A stretch of 64,000 bases of DNA. Source: Botryllus schlosseri (lineage: Eukaryota). Below the pieces are notes generated by a model. It made no database searches. It was not told the origin of the DNA and saw only the letters and a program-made list of their open reading frames with translations. Below are positions 51,218 through 62,656 of this stretch, in pieces (position 1 is the stretch's first letter; every line of letters begins with the position of its first letter). The stretch is from contig CM119372.1 in assembly GCA_051294905.1 (NCBI GenBank), forward strand, positions 19,470,001 through 19,534,000. Direction: 5' to 3'. The position numbers were made by a program, and so were the translations under genes.

Positions 51218-51500
51218 GGCGAGATAGCGTAGTGGAATAATCCACAGCTACAACTCCAATGGATTTTAGGTTATAGTCCGACCGAGGTCGACTCCAGTAT
51301 TCCTACCCAAGTGTTGAAGGTTTATCTAGGTTCCTCCTCACCATCTCATCCGCGTAAGCGGTGTCTTACAAAAAGCATAGACGTGGGCCGTGCTACAAGT
51401 CGGCAAATACGGAATCGAAAATAAGGAATATCGGCCTGGTGTAAATGACCATTGTAGTCGACAACACCATGAATATACAAACAACAACAGCAAGAAGAAT
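51218..51500 (+). mobile_element. tRNA-derived SINE family 1, near full length
   Basis: GGCGAGATAGCGTAGTGG (A box), degenerate B box, body shared with the 52285-52559 copy, (CAA)n/A-rich tail. Confidence 0.75.
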
Positions 51501-51736
51501 GGAGAAAGAACGCTGAACTGTAGCAGCTATTGGCTGGCACTGAAGTTGTGCGTGCGTACACTGCTGGTGACACACCGTGTTGCTTCATTCTGACAATGAT
51601 GTACATCTCAATTTTTGTAAGAACCATGCAATGCCCACGCAGTCTTGCTTCACTTAGATTATTGTGGTACGCTGAGCATAACACCGTGTCAACCTATTTG
51701 TTTCATTTGACTGTTTATGATTCACAATGAGCAGAC

Positions 51737-51995
51737 AAGAGAGAGAGAGAGATATGATATTCTTTTTCGCCTGCACCATCGAGATGCTTGGACGACGGAG
51801 TTGCGATACGGCCCCATGAGGTCATCTAGTCTGCGCCCCCGTTTTTGTTTCCTCCATGCTATCCGTGATTGCTGAGCGCCTAGCAGGATAGCTGCGGATA
51901 CCAGTTTTCGAGTCTTTGGTATGACCCGGCCGGGGATCGAACCCACGAACTACCGCTCGAGAAGCCGGACGCATAACCATTACACTATCTCGCTC
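51737..51995 (-). mobile_element. tRNA-derived SINE family 2
   Basis: Reverse strand: A box TAGTGTAATGG, B box GGTTCGATCCC, core CCGGGTCATACCAAAGACT..CCTGCTAGGCGCTCAGCA, (CT)n tail. Confidence 0.78.
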
Positions 51996-52284
51996 GTCGC
52001 TGCGCCGTCTGCCACGGTAGGCCTATAAAGTAGGCTACAAACTGTAAAATGTCAAACGATAAGAACACCGATTTCGCAAAATCTACGATACAAATAAAAT
52101 GCAGGTTGCGAAAAATTTTGACATTTTTTGACCTAATCTCGCGTAATGGGAGTGGACGTTTTTAGCAGGAATGATAAGGTCAACAAACACAGGAGACTTT
52201 TGATACTTCGAAGCGATATAGTTCGTCAACTTCTTCAAAATTACAGTAATCGAGGCGAGCAGATGGATGAAGTTCAATGTAGCC

Positions 52285-52559
52285 TGCTTCTTTTGTTTTG
52301 GGGTATTCATGGTGTTTGTCGACTACTATGGTCATTTACACCAGGACGATATTCTTCTTATTTTCCGTAACTGCCGACTTATAGCACGGCCCGCCTCTAG
52401 GCTTTTGTAAGACACCGCTGACGCGGATGAGGTGGCGAGGAGGAGCCTAGGTTAACCTCCAACACTTAGGTATCGGAATTCGGAAGTCGAACTCGGTCGG
52501 ACCCGAACCCGCACCCATTGGTGTTGCAGCCGTGGATTATACCACTGCGCTAACTCGCC
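52285..52559 (-). mobile_element. tRNA-derived SINE family 1, inverted copy
   Basis: Reverse complement aligns with 51218-51500 along its length (GGCGAGTTAGCGCAGTGG...GGTTCGGGTCC). Confidence 0.75.
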
Positions 52560-54194
52560 ACCTATGTAGCCTACTATTTTTAGAATATACACGAACTACT
52601 TTTGTTGGCACAAACTAAGTTGACGGATGGTGGTACTTAAACCTTAGTAGCCGGGCAAACCTTTTCGCTGTCTGATAGTGGCGAATACGAAATTTCTCCC
52701 TAGTTACGAGGAATACCATTATCAAATTACACATCTAATACATTACTGTGCATTGGAAAAAGAACAAAACCATTAAAACATACAAAATTAAAAGATTATT
52801 GAATATGATATGTGAATCAGTGTCACTTCTAGTGTGAACCTAGATTACGAATCATGTGCTGCACTATACTTACTGATATTGCACATGAGTTTATTTAACT
52901 ACCTGAACAATGAACAGGCTTTCAATCCGAGCGATTTATTCTCAATTGTCAGGTGTCGCCACGATCGAATTTTTTTGATCAGGCTCGCCACCACCATTAT
53001 CAATATCAATACCATTTTATCGCCGTTCTTATCAATTCAGAATCCCACAGTATAAATGCTACAGATGTGGTCAATAACGAAGTACTTCTACTCTTCAGAA
53101 GTACTCAAGTAGTCTCCCTCTACTTCTGGTACTTACTCAAGTAGATCTGATTTTCTCTACTTCTATTTCGTAATATTTTGTGATCTACTTACTTACTTTT
53201 CGCTATTTTCAGTTTGTCAAGTAGAAGTAGTTTGATCCCCCAATGCGAAAGATAGCCTGAGGAATTTCGGGACTGTTATCACGGAGTACCAACATTTGAT
53301 ATTCATAAAAGTCTAGTAAAGCCCAGAAATTTTGTTGCGCTTCGCGCACAGTAATTATGGAGTGAAAAAATATGTTTTCACGAAAGTATCAAAAGGAGTT
53401 CGTGTACCACCTAAAAATAGTACATTGAACGCTCTCTCATTCGAAATTTCATGCAGGTGACGTCATATTTTGTGATACGATTGTTGATATACAATGTTCT
53501 TTCCTCTTCTCTACTAGTTGCTGACGATTACCCCTTACGAGTGTCAGCCGAAAATATTCGGGTTCATTTCAATATGAATATACTATTCAATTGTATATTG
53601 AAGTTCTGTACCTCCAAGAAGCTCTTCGAAAGTATCAGTGAATATAATTTAGGTACCGGTTTCCTTGGTTCCGCTCACACCGCATTGTCGCCATATCAAA
53701 TTTAATCACAGTAAATATGGCCCATTATAGCCTGTGAAACTACCGTTTCGCACTCTAGCAATTACCTATCATATCGTATAATCTAGCAGCCCATGACGTG
53801 TCCTGCTAATCTGGAAAATCCGGCTTTTTTAACGTTACAACTGTTTCAGCAGATCAACTTTGAAGCGATATGATATCGGCTCACTATACGCACCGAAATC
53901 GCGAGTGGTGATGCTATAAGACTGGTTATGGTCGCGCCAAGCGCGAAAAAATTTTCAGATAGACGAATGAATTTCGTCATTAATATTAGTTATTAGTTTC
54001 ACTTATTACTATCAAAGAATTATCCTTTCTCAGCCCATGTGATTATCAGCTTCACCACAAGAGTTGATGGAGGGGGTGTTTCGTAAATTTAGGGCAAGTA
54101 ATAGATCATGACAGCATCTCGCCAGATATCCGTCGACTGTCGGATGGCCTGCGGGATAGCCTACTGTTCCACACGTCAGGAACAAGGCATATTT

Positions 54195-54460
54195 GGAGAG
54201 GAAGAGAGAGAGAGTCAGAGTGTAAGAGAGAGATAGAGAGACTGATCAGATGTTTTCGCCGGCACCGTCGAGATGCTTTGACGATGGACATTCGATACGA
54301 CCTTCAAGCAAGGTCATTTAGTCTGCAACACCGTATTTTCTCCGCCATGCTATCCGTGAATGCTGAGCGCCTAGCAGGATACCTGCGGATACCAGTTTTC
54401 GAGCCTTTGGTCTGTGACCCGTCTGTGATCGGCCGTCGATTGAACATTGAACCCATGACC
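54195..54460 (-). mobile_element. tRNA-derived SINE family 2, second copy (head truncated)
   Basis: Shares TGCTGAGCGCCTAGCAGGATA..GCGGATACCAGTTTTCGAG and the (GA)n tail with 51737-51995. Confidence 0.72.
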
Positions 54461-54479
54461 TATGACCTACCGACCAAGA

Positions 54480-55155
54480 TCATAGAATCACAAAATTCTC
54501 ATCTCGAAATTGGCGCGTTACTGACTTCGGGGCCCACAACTTGAGCTCATGAAAAGTTATCTCACTGGACGCCAACAAATGGTTGCGATCTCAAACACCT
54601 TGTCCTCTCCTCACCTGGTGACCTGTGGTGTACCCCAAGGCTCAGTACTTGGACTGATCCTCTTCACCTTATATGTCAACGACATTTTTGAAACCTCATT
54701 GAACACCACACTGTTCGCTTATGATACTCACCTCCTCTCTTCCGCATCGTCGACGGCAGAGCTGGATTGCCTGACTATAGTGACCAAATGCCCAAACTCC
54801 ATGAGTTTACGGCCCAGAATAACCTTTGCATAAACGCCTCGAAATCCCAATTGCTGACAGTAAATTCAAAAAATAACTTGACCGGTAATATCGCTGGTCA
54901 GCCCGTTTCCAACACAGATAATGCCAAATATCTCGAGGTTTTACTGGACTCGGACCTGTCCTGGAAGAGTCATATTCAGTCCCTAGACGCTAAATTATCA
55001 CCGAAGTGCGGCCTGTTCTACAGCCTTAGACGCTTCATGCCAGCATGTGTTCTTCTGATAATCTTTAAATCCTTAATCCAATGAAGTGGACATTATGGCA
55101 TCCTCTGTTGAGGGGCTGCCGGTAAAACTGCACTCAAGCCACTGCAAAAACTACA
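54480..55155 (+). mobile_element. Degenerate CR1/L2-like LINE reverse transcriptase fragment (frameshifted, stops)
   Basis: MKSYLTGRQQMV..CGVPQGSVLGLILFTLYVNDI..LFAYDT (degenerate FADD), NLCINASKSQLL, KYLEVLLDSDLSWKSHI. 55093-55155 matches the reverse complement of ~6315-6375. Confidence 0.85.
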
Positions 55156-55193
55156 GCAGTACTGAGCTCAGTACAGTACTCACTACTCAGTAG

Positions 55194-55472
55194 CAGGGAT
55201 GGCCACAGTCCGCTTCAGGAGCCGGATCCGGAGCAGGATTTCATCGATTTTTAACGTAGCCGGACTGGATCCGGATTTTGAATTTGGGCTGATGGTCGGA
55301 TTTTAGCCGGATTTTTCTACTGAAATATGAGTATTAGCATTGTTTTGGCAGGATTTTTCCGGATTCCGAATTGGACATTCACCAGCCGGATTTTTTCGGA
55401 CTCTGAATTTTCAATTGACAGCCGGGTCCGGATAGATTCGGATCCCGAAATTTTGGAATCCGACCATCTCTG
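55194..55472. mobile_element. Small hAT-type MITE (TIR CAGRGATGG, CCGGAT repeats), 279 bp
   Basis: cagggatggcc...gaccatctctg; perfect TSD CTCAGTAG. Confidence 0.85.
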
Positions 55473-55638
55473 CTCAGTAGTCACCATTAATCTATTTCGC
55501 TCGGTAACACCGACCATCGCATTGGGTTTTATTTACATGCATTGTATGTAATCGCATTGCACATTATGCGTGTCTCGTTCAGATGAAAATATATATAACT
55601 CGTCGATTTATTTATATTATTATTTTGACCACATATGC

Positions 55639-56100
55639 CAGAGATGAGCGGATTTGGAATTTCTATGTCCTAATCCAATCCAAATCCGAAGCTTCAAATC
55701 TGAATCCAAATCCGAATCCATAACTTATGTATATTTAAGTCCATGTCCAATCCTAATCCAATTCCAACATGAAATTCAGAAAAAATGCTAATTTATGTAA
55801 GGAAATTATTCTTCCACAACCAACAATCCTCTTGATTTAAGACAACTTGGCATAGGGCTGTACCTCTCATGCTAATTGGCAACGAGTATACCATAGTGTA
55901 GTGCACCATAAGTACGCTATTAAATGATCTGAATAAAGTTTGTCGCCATTCGCCACACGACATATCAATCTCCCTGAAAATCGGTAAATCCAATCCAGTC
56001 CTAATCCGTTCAGAAAAAAAATCTCTTATCTTCTCAAATCCGAAAAAATTTCCCAAATCCTGTTTTTTCAAATCCTAATCCTAATCCATGCTCATCTCTG
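55639..56100. mobile_element. hAT-type MITE family E (TIR CAGAGATGAGC, AATCC arrays), 462 bp
   Basis: cagagatgagc...gctcatctctg; perfect TSD ACATATGC. Confidence 0.9.
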
Positions 56101-56639
56101 ACATATGCTGACCATAGTTATGGGTCACTAATTCGGAGATTGACGGGGTCGTGTCCTAATCCAATCCAAATCCGAAGCTTCAAATCTGAATCCAAATCCG
56201 AATCCATAACTTATGTATATTTAAGTCCATGTCCAATCCTAATCCAATTCCAACATGAAATTCAGAAAAAATGCTAATTTATGTAAGGAAATTATTCTTC
56301 CACAACCAACAATCCTCTTGATTTAAGACAACTTGGCATAGGGCTGTACCTCTCATGCTAATTGGCAACGAGTATACCATAGTGTAGTGCACCATAAGTA
56401 CACTATTAAATGATCTGAATAAAGTTTGTCGCCATTCGCCACACGACATATCAATCTCCCTGAAAATCGGTAAATCCAATCCAGTCCTAATCCGTTCAGA
56501 AAAAGAATCTCTTATCTTCTCAAATCCGAAAAAATTTCCCAAATCCTGTTTTTTCAAATCCTTATCCTAATCCATGCTCATCTCTGACATATGCTGACCA
56601 TAGTTATGGGTCACTAATTTGGAGATTGACGGGGTCGTG
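55666..56639 (+). repeat. Near-identical 486-bp tandem duplication (MITE E minus its left TIR, plus TSD and ~45 bp of flank)
   Basis: 55666-56151 is repeated at 56152-56637 with about four substitutions; the duplicated ORFs 55793..56071 and 56279..56557 are offset by 486. Confidence 0.92.
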
Positions 56640-56727
56640 CCGGTTGGTTTGATTTAGCGATTTCAGCGATGTCGGCGAAGTTAGCAGTGTCAACGATGAT
56701 ATCATATAATTTGACGATGATACGTTG

Positions 56728-57190
56728 CAGAGATGAGCATGGATTAGGATTAGGTTTTGAAAAAACAGGATTTGTGAAATTTTGTCGGATTTGGATTGGA
56801 TTTGGATTAGACATTTTTTTCAGAACGGATTGGATTTGGATTAGACATTTTTTTCAGAACGGATTAGGATTTGGATTGGATTGACCTATTTTCTGGGAGA
56901 TCGAAATGTCGTGTGGCGAATGGCGACAAACTTTATTCAGATCAGTTATTAATGTACTTATGGCTACTAAGTTATCTTGAATCAAGTGAATCGTTGGTTG
57001 TGAAAGAAAATTTTCGAATTCCTCCATTGCATAAATTTGTATTTATTTTCTGAATTTCCAGTTGGAATCGGATTAGGATTGGACATGGACTTGAATATGT
57101 AAAATTTATGGATTCGGATTAGGATTTGGATTCGACGGTTCGGATTTGGATTGGATTAGGATATAGAAATTTCAAATCCGCTCATCTCTG
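56728..57190. mobile_element. MITE family E, independent inverted insertion
   Basis: cagagatgagc...gctcatctctg; perfect TSD ATACGTTG; opposite orientation to 55639-56100. Confidence 0.9.
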
Positions 57191-57772
57191 ATACGTTGGG
57201 TTAGGCATTAGGCAGGAACCAGGGAATGAATATCGAATAGGCCTGCCGGAGCATGATACCTTCCATATACTACTCCAAGTCGCTTCGACATCTTCCTGTC
57301 TTTTCTTTGTAAAGCATTTTTTATTGAACAGATCAAATTGCTACTAAACCAATGATGCTGATGATGATGAGCTGTATCGCTTGTCCTTCTTATGTTTCTT
57401 CTATTACGGTTCCATTTACAAAGTGTAATTTGCATGTGCATGCTTCCAATTTACATAGTCTAGTCTCAGTCGCAAGTTGGTGTCTGATTTATATGCTCAG
57501 TGCTGACTTCAAAGACTACTCCAAGTGGATGACATCGCCAAAATGTATGGTGCAATCGCTGACATTGCCGACATCGTTGACATCGCTGACATCGTCAGGT
57601 AATGGCGACATAGACCATTACGCGCTAGGCTGGCCGGTCGCTGTTAAGGTGAACCAACGAGCTGTGTCGTGTGTTGACTAAACATGTTTAACCGGTGAAT
57701 TTTGGTTACGTACCGGTGTGTCATTATCATAGGTTTGTTGAATTGGTCTGAAAAATATTGCCACAATCCGAA

Positions 57773-60700
57773 ATGCTATGTAGAACACTTATTCGTGCCA
57801 CATCGAACATGGCTTCGAGGAGTATACGATGCACAAGTCACAGAATGTGCCTCACGAAGACAACCTCAAGAGATATACACGAGAACCGGAAGAGCTACAA
57901 GGAAAGTGATAGCCCACTAATCACGTTTCAAAATCTGGTTGAAGAGGATATGACTTCATTTTTTCTGGATATCAGACAGGTGAAATCAAGATGCCCCCAT
58001 GGAATTTATATTCACTGTAGGCTACACTAAACCTCCACAACTGATCTTTTTCAGGTTTTAGAATCAGATGTTCCACTATTGAAAGACATGTGTTTTTATT
58101 ATTTCGATGACACGGGAAAAAGTATAAGACCAAAAATAGTGTTTCTAGTGGCGCGAGCATGCAATCGGGCTGTTCATAATAATAGCAGGTAACATTGAAT
58201 GCTCAGTTCATTGTGTTTTATAACAATTAATCGATTGTTCATAAGTTACGTTACAGAAGAACAGAGAAAGGTCGCAATGATTGCTGAAATGATTCATACT
58301 GGCAGCCTAATCCACGATGACGTAGTTGATATGTCCAGCATGAGACGAGGGAAATGTACGGTCAACGAAGTATGGGGAGAAAGAAACGTGAGTAGAAATC
58401 CATGTATATTTTGCTCATATTTCTTACCAGTCCCATTTTTTTTGCTACTGCCGAAACGTTGATGCTGTTAATATGTAATGACCTTCCTCTAAAATGGTAT
58501 CTCCTATGTCTAAAATTATTCTGATCCATTTAGATATTACGTGACACGCTGCGTCGTTGTAAATATTTAATGCATTTCTAATCTGGGTTTTTCATGAACC
58601 ACATCAGTAGCTATGTTCAGAAATTACAATGTGTGATCAAGTTATTCAAATGAATGTTTTAGGAATGAAAAAGCCTTAATTGTTTTGGAAATCATCCATA
58701 TATAGATCTGCTGTTTACTCCCTTGTCACTATAATTTTGCACGCTACCGTAAAAACTTTTCCTAAAACTTTTGCAGGCAATTCTGGCTGGAAATTATGTA
58801 TTATCACGATCGTCACATTTACTGGCATCCATTGGCGACACAGAAATCGTGAAGTACATCTCAACAATCATCGACGACTTGGTTCGAGGTGATGCACAAA
58901 TTTCTAACAGTTTTCATAACCACTAGATCTTCCGTATCATAGCAAGTGCTTAACACAACATTTCAAATTGTAGTGGACAATTTCAGCAAACCGGCACTTC
59001 TCATTGACCTTGCTACGAATCATGGCTATCTATTAGGAGAGAGTGTGCTATGAATCCATATCACTGCAGTTACTGTAGTATTGTGTCGTTCCACTAATCT
59101 CGTGTGTTCCATCTCGCTGACCCGGACTCGAAGCTACCTTAGCCGTTGTGAATTTCCGGATACTTTCAACACGTCAACTCTTACAGGAGAACTCATGCAG
59201 ATTAGTCCAAGCACAACTTTTGAACACTACCTCAGGAAAACCTACAGAAAGACGGCAAGCCTTATTGCGAATTCTTGCAAATCTGTGAGGCAGCTCTTCT
59301 AGTGCTGTCACAAGTAGCTTGTCTAACAAAACTCATTCAGGTCGCTCTTTTGAGTCGGATGGACGCAGGACAGGTGGAAGGCATGTATCAGTATGGAAGA
59401 AATGTCGGTATCGCTTTTCAATTGATAGACGATTTGCTGGACTTCAGTCAAAGCGCGGAAGACCTTGGTAAACCTGCGAACGCTGATCTTAGGCTCGGGC
59501 TAGCCACCGCGCCGGTGTTATTTGCTGCTGAACGGGTGAGTAATTCTTTCAATGTTAACAGCTCCATTCGGTACTGTACTCACCAATTTGATGAGGGCAT
59601 TCGGATGAATTAATGTCAAACGTAGTGGTACAAACTTACGGGTTAACGGGCCCCCAGGTTTGCACTGTTGTTATTGACCTTTGCTGGCCTTTTAGGAAGT
59701 TCAGATCCGAAAGCTGGTTCATTAAAAGCCTACGTTTTTGTGACCTCACTGCGAGTTGATTAGGCAAATCTGAAAGTTCATTGTCACGGTGACTCGAACT
59801 TATCTTATGGAGACTTATACGGAAGTGCAACAATTAAGAGGGAGGTTTGCTGCACCCTGTCCTGGGAACAATTTAATGACGAGCCCGTTTCCTTTAGGAC
59901 AGGCATGTCGAAGTCAACTTCGTGTCGCGGGTCAGATTCCGACCATTAAAATAGATTGTAGGCCGTACCAATCAAATGATGCCAAAATATGTAAGTTGGC
60001 AAATTTCTACGCTGCTATTGTTGTATTTGTATTGTGATGTTGGTCCAGTGTAAACGTTGAGTGGAATAAAAGATATATAGTTGTAAATGCTGGCGCTTCG
60101 GATTTACATACATACCAGTATTATTAAATCACAATTTGAGTTTCCACTTTGAGTCATGATGGTAAAAAAATTTATGGAGCAACCGCACCAAACAAACTCG
60201 CCCCACTGAAGAAAGTTTAAAATGTGTGAAGAAGTGACGACTGACATCCTTGAAATGTGTGCATTTGAAGAAAACATTAAAATCACTAAATATTCGTATG
60301 CTGACTGCACATGCACATGAATATACTTTTTCACAAAATTTATTCCAAATTCAACCCTCATAAATTCTTCATGAGATTATGAGCCTACTAAAAGTCTTGT
60401 GTGCGGTCCTCAATTTCGCTGTGCTCTTGTTATCTGACCCATCTGTCAAGAATTCTGCTACCACATTCCTGTTGAATGATTGCGGCACTTTTATGTTTCT
60501 AACATACTAAACTCGTGTATCAGTGAAGTTCAATTCCGGTCATTATGACCCTGTGTTTACTTCTTATTCTCAGCACCCATTTTTGAATGATCTGATCTTG
60601 AGGAGATTCAGTAGACCCGATGATGTCGAAAGAACTTTGAACGCTGTCAAAGATGTGAGTATTCATGTTCTCGGTTTGCCAGGCCATTTCGTTACATTTT

Positions 60701-62588
60701 GAACGAAGCTAAGCTTACCCGCAAAGCTTTTGATCACTTAACATGGGATGCCGGCTAAAATTATGATAATCAACTGGCGGCCAGCGAGCGATGTGTTCTG
60801 GTATAGTTGTCTGGGATCTGTTAGTGGGATTGAAATGGGTGAGAGTTGAACGATCATAACTTTATGTATGTTGTCTCATTTACAGAGGTGGTCAGTAACT
60901 AAGTACCTATACTTTTGTTGGTACTCAAGTACATTTTGCCTACTTGTACTACTTGCTCGGGTGGTTATGTGTTTAAAGTACTTCCGCTTTTACTTAACAT
61001 TTTCGGGCAAAACTACTTACTCTTGGACTCTGTATTTTGTGAAGTCGAAGGCACTCTTGAGGAATGTTTGCATCACCTTTATGAATTAGGTGGTCGTACC
61101 CACTATGCAAAACAGCCCAGATAACACGGTAACTGAATTTGATGTAGGAAATTGCAGCGATTTGTAGTGTTAGGGTAAGTTTTTGCAACTTTTTTTACAG
61201 CTTCCAGCATCTTCCTAAATACTCAGAAGTTATGTAGTATGGTTTTTCAAGTTGTTTGGAGGAATCTTATATTGCAACCTTTTGCAGCTTTTCTCCATTT
61301 TTTTTTCACGCAACTTCTGCAACTTTTTCAATTTCTCTTGCAACTTTTCTCGATTTTTCATGCGACATGTTGCAACCCACTTTTTACTGGAAATATTTGG
61401 CACTATATGTAAATAGATCGCTTGATTATTTCACTGCCGTTTAAATTTGAGGTGCTTTCTGATTTGACATAACATTCAGGCTCGACTGCCGAAAATTATA
61501 TTTTCACTGGGTCAATTTTTTCAGGCCATTGATTTTGTTGAATTCACCAACATCGAGTTTTGCTACAACGCGTTGCATACGGATTGACTCGAGTATCTCA
61601 TACCGTAATAATTTCAAGGAACTTCTCCACAAATGCAACTTTTTAGTGCAACTTTTGCGAAAAATACATGTAACTTTCCTTGGATTTGACTGCAACAAAA
61701 ACTTGCCCTAGTTATCAATAATTTTGCGCTAATCGCGAAGACGCATCCTGCCATTTCAAAGTAGTTGCATCTGATGTTGAATTTATCCAACTCCTTCACC
61801 AAATCCGCTTTTCGAAACTACTCACCTGAGTACTTTCCAGATCTTCGTTTTCCACTTCCACTTGAGATAATTTTAGCATGTGTTGGAAACCGCTATTTTT
61901 ACTTGATTACCGACTATAGCTGCTTTGACTGCCTCTGCGTATCCATTGGAAATTTTATTCTTGACATGATAAATCTGGTCTGTGTAAAGTTTGCATCACT
62001 TTAACGAATGATATTGGCATAATAACCGTGTGCCAGGATATATCTGAATATCACTGAATATATTTCGGAAGTGGCCATTTCTGACTGACCGCATAAGTCT
62101 CCGATTCCGCGACCAAATCTACTTATTGAAACTCCTTGAGTACGTTTCATACCGTTCGTTTTCTACTTGTATGGAGTATCGACATTATTTCTACTCTGAA
62201 AGTATTGAAACTACTCGAGTATTTTCCATGCCTTTTGTTTTCTACTTTCGCTTGAAGTAGTTTTGACAGGGTTTGGAAATTGCTACTGAATACAATTAGC
62301 TGAGTGAGAATTTGTTGAATTAATTCTACTCAGTAGCAACACTGATTACTTCGACCACCTCTGCTACGAAGGCGCAATTGATTCTACTGCCCGACATGTC
62401 CGCTTCCTTCAAAAATAAACTTAAAACGTTAGTTTCATTCTTGACAGAGCGACGGTTTGGAAGAAACACGATTGCTGGCCCGTCAGCACGCGACGGACGC
62501 GCAAAGATACTTGGGAATTTTGGAAGATTCAGACGAAAAGGAAGCACTTTTTTCAATAGCCATGGCTCTCGTCGATCGAGTGAAATGA
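57773..62588 (+). CDS. PDSS1: All-trans-polyprenyl (decaprenyl) diphosphate synthase subunit 1, 8 exons, 369 aa
   Basis: Exons 57773-57979, 58055-58188, 58246-58387, 58777-58888, 59187-59284, 59341-59535, 60574-60654, 62448-62588 (1110 nt, phases consistent). Arg/Ser-rich mitochondrial-type presequence, YYFDDTGKSIRP, AEMIHTGSLIHDDVVD..RRG (FARM), KTYRKTASLIANSCK, GIAFQLIDDLLD (SARM), GKPANADLRLGLATAPVLFA. Confidence 0.92.
60883..62363. mobile_element. Degenerate TIR element family (CAGAGGTGGTC termini, AAGTA/TACTT arrays) in PDSS1 intron 7
   Basis: cagaggtggtc...gaccacctctg with no TSD. The same terminus appears at 3361, 28580, 29688 and ~14243-14253. Confidence 0.5.
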
Positions 62589-62650
62589 ACGTGCTTTCGA
62601 ATCGGGATATTGAGTTCAATATGCAAAGTCTTGAGCGTATGCGGGTTTCA

Positions 62651-62656
62651 AATAAA
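62651..62656 (+). terminator. Putative polyadenylation signal of PDSS1
   Basis: AATAAA 62 nt after the PDSS1 stop, followed by TTTTGT. Confidence 0.5.

Noticed and set aside
51218..51295. tRNA gene candidates (also ~26805, ~51925-51995, ~52490-52559)
   Set aside because: A/B boxes are present, but no convincing cloverleaf, and they continue into shared repeat bodies and tails; these are SINE heads.
55793..56557. Duplicated 92-aa ORFs as a gene pair
   Set aside because: They lie inside a tandemly duplicated AATCC-rich MITE.
59876..59912. SECIS-like hairpin (ATGA...GA)
   Set aside because: No apical AA motif, intronic location, and no in-frame TGA in nearby genes.
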